A stretch of DNA of 64,000 bases from an uncultured Alphaproteobacteria bacterium (GTDB lineage Bacteria; Pseudomonadota; Alphaproteobacteria; RF32; CAG-239), in NCBI GenBank assembly GCA_944391465.1, contig CALXTS010000004.1, positions 7,942 to 71,941 of the forward strand, written 5' to 3'. Below are positions 52,648 to 59,339 of this stretch, piece after piece. The notes below the pieces were generated by a model. That model searched no databases, was not told where the DNA came from, and saw only the letters and a list, made by a program, of their open reading frames with translations. The number at the start of each line of letters is the position of its first letter. The first letter of the stretch is position 1. Made by a program: the position numbers and the translations under genes.

Positions 52648-53250
52648 ATGGATTTTTTATCCCAAAAATTAAAAAATTTTGCCACTTTTGTAAAAACGCA
52701 ATATACTCAAGCATCTTTAAAAAAAAGAGCTCTGTTTTTGTTGCTTTTTGCTTTTTTAATTTTTGTTTTTAACGGATTTTTTTATAGAGCTGAGACTTTA
52801 GAAGCGCCGGAAGAACCTTCCAATCTGTTAAAATTAACGGAAAATATACGACGTTATTATCAAAATCGTCCTGATTATTGGGGGCTTAACTCTGATTCTA
52901 TAATTAAGAATAAAATTGTTCCGTTAGCTTTATTAAAAAATGACCGAATAATCTCCGGTTTCGGAACTGATATTTTAGTAGGCAACACTCCCAATGGTTC
53001 AATGCTTATGCCCGGAGCCAGAAGTTTTAATATTATTTATAGTAATTTAAATAAAAAGCAGTGCATTGAATTAGCTTCCGGAAAATTTGATGAAAAATTT
53101 TGGCTAGGAATTATAGATGTTACTATCAACAATAGCATTAAAAATGAGGTTTTTAGTTGGAATGACAAAAAAAATATTTTGCCAATTAAAAAAAATATTG
53201 CTAAAGAGATTTGTAAAAGCTCTAATACGATAATTTTTCATATTGAATAA
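52648..53250 (+). CDS. Pilin-fold paralog lacking a prepilin leader (200 aa)
   Basis: ATG 52648 follows GGGAGG; the ORF-track start 52570 overlaps pilR. One TM (ALFLLLFAFLIFVFNGFFY). ISGFGTDILVGNTPNGS...FNIIYSNLNKKQCIELASGKFDEKFWLGIIDVTINN parallels the pilins' ISAFGGEVLVSAVQGADGT...FQIIFNGLGKDACTSLASSDWGTDGLVGIIVNG. Confidence 0.5.
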   Translation: MDFLSQKLKNFATFVKTQYTQASLKKRALFLLLFAFLIFVFNGFFYRAETLEAPEEPSNLLKLTENIRRYYQNRPDYWGLNSDSIIKNKIVPLALLKNDRIISGFGTDILVGNTPNGSMLMPGARSFNIIYSNLNKKQCIELASGKFDEKFWLGIIDVTINNSIKNEVFSWNDKKNILPIKKNIAKEICKSSNTIIFHIE

Positions 53251-53280
53251 TAACTAAAGACATATTTTATCTAAATATCC

Positions 53281-53323
53281 TTACTATTGACATAATTGTT
53301 CATTTTTTATTAATTTGTTATAG
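53281..53323 (+). promoter_or_regulatory. Conserved 43-bp upstream element of pilin gene 1 (candidate promoter)
   Basis: TTACTATTGACATAATTGTTCATTTTTTATTAATTTGTTATAG aligns without gaps to 54058-54100 and 54844-54886. It contains TTGACA and a TAATTT box about 18 nt later, and ends 39 bp before the ATG. Confidence 0.45.
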
Positions 53324-53361
53324 TTATAGTAAAGGGTAACAGAAAGTTAGGGAGAGAAACT

Positions 53362-53979
53362 ATGAGAAATTTCTTCAAAAATGAACAATCCGGTCGTTCT
53401 ATGGTCGAGATGCTTGGCGTGCTTGCCATCATCGGTGTCTTGTCCGTCGGCGGTATCTCCGGTTATTCTAAGGCCATGGCTAAATTCAAGCTAACCAAAG
53501 CTCAAGACCAATTAACCATGATGATTATGAACATCAGAACCGCTTATGTTACCTCTCCTGGATATCCGGGACTGAATAACTCTTTAGCTGCTGATTATAA
53601 ACTTGTTTCTCAAGAAATGGTTGTTTCTCAAGGCGGTAGCAGTCTTATCAGTGCTTTTGGTGGTGAAGTATTGGTTAGTGCCGTACAAGGAGCTGACGGA
53701 ACTGCAAACGGTGCTTTTCAGATTATATTTAATGGTTTGGGTAAAGATGCTTGCACATCCTTAGCTTCTTCTGATTGGGGTACTGACGGTTTGGTCGGCA
53801 TCATTGTTAATGGCTCAAAACAATCAGTTTCTAATACTATTGCTACAGGCGGTGAAAGTTGTACGACAGGTATTGCAGGAAAACTCTGCTTACCTTCATC
53901 CCTTCCGGTCTCTCTTCCGAATGCCCGTGCAGCTTGTAGCTCCAATAACCAAAATTCAATCAGTTGGGTTTATAACTAA
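53362..53979 (+). CDS. pilS: Type IV prepilin, variant A
   Basis: Leader MRNFFKNEQSG then RSMVEMLGVLAIIGVLSVGGISGY (Gly at -1, Glu at +5, hydrophobic helix). C-terminal Cys pair DAC...AAC brackets a variable region. SD GGGAGAG. Confidence 0.88.
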   Translation: MRNFFKNEQSGRSMVEMLGVLAIIGVLSVGGISGYSKAMAKFKLTKAQDQLTMMIMNIRTAYVTSPGYPGLNNSLAADYKLVSQEMVVSQGGSSLISAFGGEVLVSAVQGADGTANGAFQIIFNGLGKDACTSLASSDWGTDGLVGIIVNGSKQSVSNTIATGGESCTTGIAGKLCLPSSLPVSLPNARAACSSNNQNSISWVYN

Positions 53980-54001
53980 TACTTTCTCAGATTTCTTTAC
54001 C

Positions 54002-54034
54002 AGAGCAACATTTGTTTGATGTTGCTCTTTTTTG
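54002..54034 (+). terminator. Rho-independent terminator after pilin 1
   Basis: AGAGCAACA (54002-54010) pairs with TGTTGCTCT (54020-54028), then TTTTT. Confidence 0.75.
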
Positions 54035-54057
54035 TTGAGGAAAATTTGCTGATGTTA

Positions 54058-54100
54058 TAACTAAAGACAGAATTGTTCACTTTTTTTTAATTTATTATAT
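54058..54100 (+). promoter_or_regulatory. Conserved 43-bp upstream element of pilin gene 2
   Basis: TAACTAAAGACAGAATTGTTCACTTTTTTTTAATTTATTATAT. Ends 35 bp before the ATG at 54135. Confidence 0.4.
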
Positions 54101-54134
54101 TTTATTGTATAGGAAATATTCTAGGAGATAAATA

Positions 54135-54761
54135 ATGAGTAATTTCTTCAAAAATGAGCAATCCGGTCGTTCTATGGTGGAAATGCTCGGCGTACTCGCT
54201 ATCATCGGTGTTTTATCGGTTGGTGGTATTTCCGGTTATTCTAAAGCTATGGCTAAATATAAATTAACCAAAGCTCAAGACCAATTAACCATGATGATTA
54301 TGAATATCAGAACCGCTTATGCTACTTCTCCTGGATATCCGGGTTTAGATAATTCTTTGGCTGCTGATTATAAACTTGTTTCTCAGGAAATGGTTGTTTC
54401 TCAAGGCGGCAGCAGTCTTATCAGTGCTTTTGGCGGAGCTGTTGATGTTAGTGCTATTAAGGGTGCTGACGGTACTGCCAATGGTGCTTTTACAATCATT
54501 TTCAAAGGTTTGGGTAGAGATGCTTGTACTTCTTTAGCTTCCTCTGACTGGGGTACCGATGGTTTAATCGGTATTAGAGCTAAAAATGCGAGTTTATCTG
54601 TAAGTGACGCCTCCGCTGATGTTGTAAAAACAGCCAGTGGAACTGCTGGAAACGGAGATACAAATATTCAGTTACCTTCTACCTTGCCCATGAGTTTGGT
54701 TAAAGCCAGAGCTGCTTGCAGTTCTAATAACCAGAACTCAATTATGTGGATTTATAACTAG
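54135..54761 (+). CDS. pilS: Type IV prepilin, variant B (copy 1)
   Basis: MSNFFKNEQSG then RSMVEMLGVLAIIGVLS. The mature protein is identical to 55685-56311. Its variable region IRAKNASLSVSDASADVVKTASGTAGNGDTNIQLPSTLPMSLVKARAAC differs from variants A and A'. Confidence 0.88.
   Translation: MSNFFKNEQSGRSMVEMLGVLAIIGVLSVGGISGYSKAMAKYKLTKAQDQLTMMIMNIRTAYATSPGYPGLDNSLAADYKLVSQEMVVSQGGSSLISAFGGAVDVSAIKGADGTANGAFTIIFKGLGRDACTSLASSDWGTDGLIGIRAKNASLSVSDASADVVKTASGTAGNGDTNIQLPSTLPMSLVKARAACSSNNQNSIMWIYN
54141..54759 (+). repeat. 619-bp direct repeat, copy 1 (pilin B coding sequence)
   Basis: Base-for-base comparison with 55691-56309 (offset 1550) shows a single mismatch: T at 54701 versus C at 56251. 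Identity starts at codon 3 and ends at the second base of the stop codon (TAG versus TAA). Confidence 0.9.
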
Positions 54762-54780
54762 ATTAGTCTTTTCTATTTTC

Positions 54781-54810
54781 AGGCGATGCTAACAACATCG
54801 CCTTTTTTTA
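54781..54810 (+). terminator. Rho-independent terminator after pilin 2
   Basis: AGGCGATG (54781-54788) pairs with CATCGCCT (54796-54803), then a T run. Confidence 0.75.
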
Positions 54811-54843
54811 TTTAACTAAAGTTAGGCCTTTTTATTTTTTTAC

Positions 54844-54886
54844 TTACTAAGGATAGAATTGTTTATGCTTTATTAATTTGTTATTG
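54844..54886 (+). promoter_or_regulatory. Conserved 43-bp upstream element of pilin gene 3
   Basis: TTACTAAGGATAGAATTGTTTATGCTTTATTAATTTGTTATTG. Ends 36 bp before the ATG at 54922. Confidence 0.4.
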
Positions 54887-54921
54887 TTAAACTATAAGTT
54901 AATTAATATAGGAGAGGAACC

Positions 54922-55545
54922 ATGAAAATATTAAATAAAAATGAGCAATCCGGTCGTTCTATGGTTGAGATGCTCGGCGTGCTTGCCATCATCGGCGTTT
55001 TATCGGTTGGTGGTATTTCCGGTTATTCTAAAGCTATGGCTAAATATAAATTAACCAAAGCCCAAGACCAATTAACCATGATGATTATGAATATCCGAAC
55101 CGCTTATGTTACCTCTCCTGGGTATCCGGGGTTAGATAATGCTTTGGCTGGAGATTATAAACTTGTTTCCCAGGAAATGGTTGTTTCTCAAGGCGGCAGC
55201 AGTCTTATCAGTGCTTTTGGTGGTGAGGTTATTGTTAGTGCCGTACAGGGAGCTGACGGTACTGCTAATGGTGCTTTCCAAATCATTTTTAACGGTCTGG
55301 GTAAAGATGCTTGCACTTCGCTTGCTTCTTCTGACTGGGGTACTGATGGTTTATTAGGAATTAAAGTTAGTAGTGCTAAGCAATCTAAAGATGATTCTAT
55401 TGCTACAGGTGCAACTGCTGCTGATTGCTCTTCTGATGCAAAAGATAAACTTTGTCAACCGGCAGAACTTCCTATCGCTTTGGGTTTAGCTCGCTCTGCT
55501 TGTAGCTCTAATAACCAAAATTCAATCAGTTGGGTTTATAACTAG
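54922..55545 (+). CDS. pilS: Type IV prepilin, variant A'
   Basis: MKILNKNEQSG then RSMVEMLGVLAIIGVLS. The body is closest to variant A (GEVIVSAVQGADGTANGAFQIIFNGLGKDACTSLASSDWGTDGL). Its Cys-bracketed region is distinct and has an extra Cys pair (DCSSDAKDKLC). Confidence 0.88.
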   Translation: MKILNKNEQSGRSMVEMLGVLAIIGVLSVGGISGYSKAMAKYKLTKAQDQLTMMIMNIRTAYVTSPGYPGLDNALAGDYKLVSQEMVVSQGGSSLISAFGGEVIVSAVQGADGTANGAFQIIFNGLGKDACTSLASSDWGTDGLLGIKVSSAKQSKDDSIATGATAADCSSDAKDKLCQPAELPIALGLARSACSSNNQNSISWVYN

Positions 55546-55565
55546 GTTAAAAATTTTCCTCTCTT

Positions 55566-55591
55566 AGGCGGTGTTTCACCGCCTTTTTTTA
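55566..55591 (+). terminator. Rho-independent terminator after pilin 3
   Basis: AGGCGGTG and CACCGCCT form a stem with a short loop, then TTTTTTT. Confidence 0.7.
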
Positions 55592-55684
55592 TAAAAAATA
55601 TTGCATAAATAAAATTATAGTTGATAGATTTTATCTTTATAGCTAGAGTATGTTTAATATTTTATGATTCCTTGGGAGGTTTTC

Positions 55685-56311
55685 TTGTTAAATTTCTTCA
55701 AAAATGAGCAATCCGGTCGTTCTATGGTGGAAATGCTCGGCGTACTCGCTATCATCGGTGTTTTATCGGTTGGTGGTATTTCCGGTTATTCTAAAGCTAT
55801 GGCTAAATATAAATTAACCAAAGCTCAAGACCAATTAACCATGATGATTATGAATATCAGAACCGCTTATGCTACTTCTCCTGGATATCCGGGTTTAGAT
55901 AATTCTTTGGCTGCTGATTATAAACTTGTTTCTCAGGAAATGGTTGTTTCTCAAGGCGGCAGCAGTCTTATCAGTGCTTTTGGCGGAGCTGTTGATGTTA
56001 GTGCTATTAAGGGTGCTGACGGTACTGCCAATGGTGCTTTTACAATCATTTTCAAAGGTTTGGGTAGAGATGCTTGTACTTCTTTAGCTTCCTCTGACTG
56101 GGGTACCGATGGTTTAATCGGTATTAGAGCTAAAAATGCGAGTTTATCTGTAAGTGACGCCTCCGCTGATGTTGTAAAAACAGCCAGTGGAACTGCTGGA
56201 AACGGAGATACAAATATTCAGTTACCTTCTACCTTGCCCATGAGTTTGGTCAAAGCCAGAGCTGCTTGCAGTTCTAATAACCAGAACTCAATTATGTGGA
56301 TTTATAACTAA
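55685..56311 (+). CDS. pilS: Type IV prepilin, variant B (copy 2)
   Basis: TTG 55685 lies 5 nt after GGGAGG (55674-55679). The ORF-track ATG 55664 has no SD and would add an atypical extension. From codon 3 the DNA is identical to 54141-54759 apart from one synonymous change. Confidence 0.85.
   Translation: MLNFFKNEQSGRSMVEMLGVLAIIGVLSVGGISGYSKAMAKYKLTKAQDQLTMMIMNIRTAYATSPGYPGLDNSLAADYKLVSQEMVVSQGGSSLISAFGGAVDVSAIKGADGTANGAFTIIFKGLGRDACTSLASSDWGTDGLIGIRAKNASLSVSDASADVVKTASGTAGNGDTNIQLPSTLPMSLVKARAACSSNNQNSIMWIYN
55691..56309 (+). repeat. 619-bp direct repeat, copy 2 (pilin B coding sequence)
   Basis: See copy 1. The flanks (promoter region, first two codons, stop codon, terminator) are unrelated between the copies. 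Confidence 0.9.
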
Positions 56312-56330
56312 TTTTGTTATTTGTCAAAAA

Positions 56331-56363
56331 AAGCAGCGTTTTAATAAAGCGCTGCTTTTTTTG
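56331..56363. terminator. Bidirectional terminator between pilin 4 and the convergent SH3 gene
   Basis: AGCAGCG (56332-56338) pairs with CGCTGCT (56350-56356), flanked by an A run and a T run. Confidence 0.7.
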
Positions 56364-56378
56364 TGTTTTGAGAATTGC

Positions 56379-56885
56379 TTAATCTATAATTTCATCAGGA
56401 TAGATACCATAGATATTTTGACGAGGCATCCACCCCTCATATTCTCCAAATTGAATCCTACAGAACGAGTTATTTGCAGGACATTTACTAATCTCCCCGA
56501 TAACTTCATCTTCTACTTTAGCTATTATACGAGATTTGTAATCATCTTTTGCATAGAGATTATTTTCTCCGGGAGTTATTACTTTTACGAATCTTTTTCC
56601 CGTGAGCATAGCTTTATGTATCCAGCTTTCCGATCCTTGCCAATCTCTAACCTTGCGCCAAAGTTCAAACTCGGCAATTATTTCAACCGGAGCTGACTTT
56701 TGCATATAAACCCACTCTATAGGATAGCGAGCCCCGGGACCGGAACGGGCATTTATGTGATTTGAACGCAGAGATACAAACCGAGGAAGATTTCCGGCAT
56801 CACTCAATTCATCACCGTTTTCTTGAGCTTGCACGCTTCCACATATTAACAATACCCCTAATGCAACTCCATACAAAAGCCTCAT
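56379..56885 (-). CDS. Secreted SH3-like domain protein (DUF1058 type)
   Basis: Signal peptide ALGVLLICGSVQAQ. LPRFVSLRSNHINARSGPGARYPIEWVYMQKSAPVEIIAEFELWRKVRDWQGSESWIHKAML is the pattern I associate with alphaproteobacterial DUF1058 proteins. Confidence 0.75.
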   Translation of the reverse strand: MRLLYGVALGVLLICGSVQAQENGDELSDAGNLPRFVSLRSNHINARSGPGARYPIEWVYMQKSAPVEIIAEFELWRKVRDWQGSESWIHKAMLTGKRFVKVITPGENNLYAKDDYKSRIIAKVEDEVIGEISKCPANNSFCRIQFGEYEGWMPRQNIYGIYPDEIID

Positions 56886-56986
56886 TTCATCACCTTTTTT
56901 TAAACATTTTGATTCATTGTTTATATTATGAAACTATTAAATGAATAAAACGTAAAAAAACAAAAAAAATTAAGAGAGGTATCAAC

Positions 56987-58096
56987 ATGGACATTCTTTC
57001 TATTACGCAAGATTTAATAAAATTTCGGACCGAAACCGGAAATACTTCTGAAATTGATAAATGCTTAAATTATGTTAAAAATCTTTTTAATAACTCAAAT
57101 GCCGTTATTGATATTTTTAGAAAGGATAACTTAGCTCCGGTTATTTTTATCAGAAATACTCATGATGAAAATTTTGATGCAATAATATTGGGGCATTTAG
57201 ACGTTGTTCCGGCAAGTGACGGTATGTTTAATCCATACATAAAAGATGGAAAACTTTATGGTCGAGGCTCTCTTGATATGAAATCTTTTGCCGCTGTTGC
57301 CCTTAATTCCATGGAATATGTTTTAGAAAACAATCTTCCAATCAAATTTGGCGTTATTTTATCTACCGACGAAGAAAAAGGTAGCGCCGGAACTCATGCT
57401 TTTATGAATGCCCATCCAAATATTTCGGCTAAAATTGTATTGGATAATGATGTTGGTGGTGATATTACCAAAATAGTTACAAAATGCAAAAATCCCGTAT
57501 TTGTTAAAATTATTGCAAATGGTAAGGAAGCTCATGGCTCAACTCCATGGGAAGGAATTGATGCTAATGAACTGTTGATGATGACTTTGGCTAATATTCG
57601 CAAAAGTTATCCTTATTTTTCTAAAGATGGAGAAACTCCTGCCGATAAATGGATTAATACCGTACATTTTGCTAAAATTGAAGGTGGTTGTGTTGCCAAT
57701 ATTATTTCAAATCATGCCGAAGCAATATGTGATTTTCGTTTGATTGAAACCTATACAACCAAAGATTTACGGAAATTTTTGGATGCCTGTATGCTTCAGG
57801 GGGTTACTTATGATATTATTACGGAATCTACCGCGGTTGTTATGGACGAAAGTAATCCTCAAATCTTGGCCTATAAACAATTTGCGGAAGATATTATGGG
57901 AAAAGGAATTGAATTTGAACATATCGGAGGAGCCACAGATTCCAGAGAATTTGCCGTTAAAGGTTCTACCGTAATCATGCACTCGGGAACCGGAGAAGGC
58001 ATGCATGCCGAAGGAGAATTTGCTGAAATTGATTCAATCAAGCAAATTGCAGATATTCAAATAAAATTCTTAAATAAATTGGCTCTTGAAAAATAG
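56987..58096 (+). CDS. M20-family metallopeptidase (ArgE/DapE/ACY1 class)
   Basis: GHLDVVP, GRGSLDMKS, STDEEKGS and HGSTPWEG metal/catalytic motifs. 369 aa. Confidence 0.85.
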   Translation: MDILSITQDLIKFRTETGNTSEIDKCLNYVKNLFNNSNAVIDIFRKDNLAPVIFIRNTHDENFDAIILGHLDVVPASDGMFNPYIKDGKLYGRGSLDMKSFAAVALNSMEYVLENNLPIKFGVILSTDEEKGSAGTHAFMNAHPNISAKIVLDNDVGGDITKIVTKCKNPVFVKIIANGKEAHGSTPWEGIDANELLMMTLANIRKSYPYFSKDGETPADKWINTVHFAKIEGGCVANIISNHAEAICDFRLIETYTTKDLRKFLDACMLQGVTYDIITESTAVVMDESNPQILAYKQFAEDIMGKGIEFEHIGGATDSREFAVKGSTVIMHSGTGEGMHAEGEFAEIDSIKQIADIQIKFLNKLALEK

Positions 58097-58123
58097 AACG
58101 ATTAACAGTATAAAAAGAAGGAC

Positions 58124-58200
<77 letters not shown>

Positions 58201-58240
58201 TTTTTTCTATTAGTTTTTTTAATGTTAAAGGAGATTAGAT

Positions 58241-58384
58241 ATGGCTTGTAATAATCCTAAATGCAAAAATCCGGATTGCACTTGCGGAGATAACTGCAAA
58301 TGTGATGAAAACCATCAATGTTCTGAAAAAAATTCTTGTAATTGCGAAAGTAAAAATTGTTCTTGCTCTGGTAAAAACAAATAA
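58241..58384 (+). CDS. 47-aa Cys-rich metallothionein-like small protein (not in ORF track)
   Basis: MACNNPKCKNPDCTCGDNCKCDENHQCSEKNSCNCESKNCSCSGKNK has 11 Cys, including four CxC motifs. AAGGAG lies 7 nt upstream of the ATG. It sits between two tRNA genes. Confidence 0.55.
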   Translation: MACNNPKCKNPDCTCGDNCKCDENHQCSEKNSCNCESKNCSCSGKNK

Positions 58385-58492
58385 CCTTCGCCGTCGTTCG
58401 GGGTTAGCTTATTTTTATGCTAAATATATTATAGATAATATAAAAAATATATTGCAAAAAATTTTTTGTTGCGTTAGTTTGAGCAAGTCTTC

Positions 58493-58583
58493 GGATAGAT
58501 GGCCGAGTGGTCGAAGGCGCACGATTGGAAATCGTGTATACCCCTAAAGGGTATCCAGGGTTCGAATCCCTGTCTATCCGCCA
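58493..58583 (+). tRNA. tRNA-Ser (anticodon GGA), class II with long variable arm
   Basis: Acceptor GGATAGA/TCTATCC, anticodon arm CACGA-TTGGAAA-TCGTG, variable arm TACCC..GGGTA, T arm CAGGG-TTCGAAT-CCCTG, discriminator G, encoded CCA. 91 nt. Confidence 0.9.
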
Positions 58584-58625
58584 TTTACAAAAAAGCCCTG
58601 CCTTGTGCGGGGTTTTGTTGTAAAT
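58565..58625 (+). repeat. 61-bp direct repeat, copy 1 (last 19 nt of tRNA-Ser plus its terminator hairpin)
   Basis: AATCCCTGTCTATCCGCCATTTACAAAAAAGCCCTGCCTTGTGCGGGGTTTTGTTGTAAAT. It contains the hairpin CCCTGC-CTTGT-GCGGGG followed by TTTT. Confidence 0.9.
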
Positions 58626-58745
58626 GATGAGGATTGCCGGATTTGAACCCTGGAGAAAGGGTTCGACTACCAGCGAAAGGCGGGCGAGAGAACGCCGGTG
58701 AGCCTTGGCGAATGAGCGCCTGTGCAACTCCTGCGTAGCGGTGTT

Positions 58746-58806
58746 AATCCCTGTCTATCCGCCATTTACAAAAAAGCCCTGCCTTGTGCGGGTTTTTGTT
58801 GTAAAT
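58746..58806 (+). repeat. 61-bp direct repeat, copy 2 (att-like partial tRNA-Ser 3' end)
   Basis: Identical to copy 1 except for one base (GCGGGT versus GCGGGG). It is separated from copy 1 by a 120-bp visibly GC-richer segment (58626-58745). Confidence 0.9.
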
Positions 58807-58844
58807 AATAAAATTCATTTCAGAAATAATTATATATCTTTAGA

Positions 58845-59186
58845 TTATTCCCAATCCTTAAATACAAAAAATACTGCCAAAAGAATCAAAATAAAACCTA
58901 CCAAATAATTCCACTTAATTCCTTCATGCAAATAGGTTATGGAAAAAAGGCTGAATACGATTATGGTTATGGCTTCTTGAATAACTTTTAACTGCGGAGC
59001 ATCAAAATAATCGTGCCCTATTCTGTTTGCAGGAACTTGGAAACAGTATTCAAAGAAAGCTATTCCCCAACTTGCCAATATAACTATCCATAGCGAAACA
59101 GATTTAAACTTTAAATGCCCATACCAAGCAAAAGTCATAAATATATTTGAAATTGAAAGCAATATTATCGGATAGAACTGGCGCAT
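58845..59186 (-). CDS. Small DMT-superfamily membrane protein (DUF486 type)
   Basis: 113 aa with four hydrophobic helices. The N-terminal segment ILLSISNIFMTFAWYGHLKF is typical of the family as I recall it. Confidence 0.7.
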   Translation of the reverse strand: MRQFYPIILLSISNIFMTFAWYGHLKFKSVSLWIVILASWGIAFFEYCFQVPANRIGHDYFDAPQLKVIQEAITIIVFSLFSITYLHEGIKWNYLVGFILILLAVFFVFKDWE

Positions 59187-59339
59187 TTTATTTCTTTCCT
59201 TTTGATGTCAAATCCTTCGGGATTATATAATTATGATTATTAACGAAGCGTCAATATTTACCCTTAATTTTACCTTTATTGCTTGACGGCTAAGATTATC
59301 TTGTTAAACTTTTAACATCAATATTTAAGGATTTTTGCG

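Noticed and set aside
53362-56311. Regularly spaced near-identical DNA segments that could look like a CRISPR-type array or a large tandem repeat.
   Set aside because: The period is ~780 bp and each unit is a complete prepilin gene with SD and terminator. There are no short repeats or spacers and no cas genes.
58302-58547. 81-aa plus-strand ORF from the ORF track.
   Set aside because: It runs out of frame through the metallothionein-like ORF and into tRNA-Ser. The 47-aa ORF with a proper SD explains the region better.
58404-58727. 107-aa minus-strand ORF spanning the tRNA-Ser region.
   Set aside because: It overlaps a well-folding tRNA gene and the att-like repeat. It has no SD, and its Arg/Ser-rich sequence is typical of reading through GC-richer non-coding DNA.
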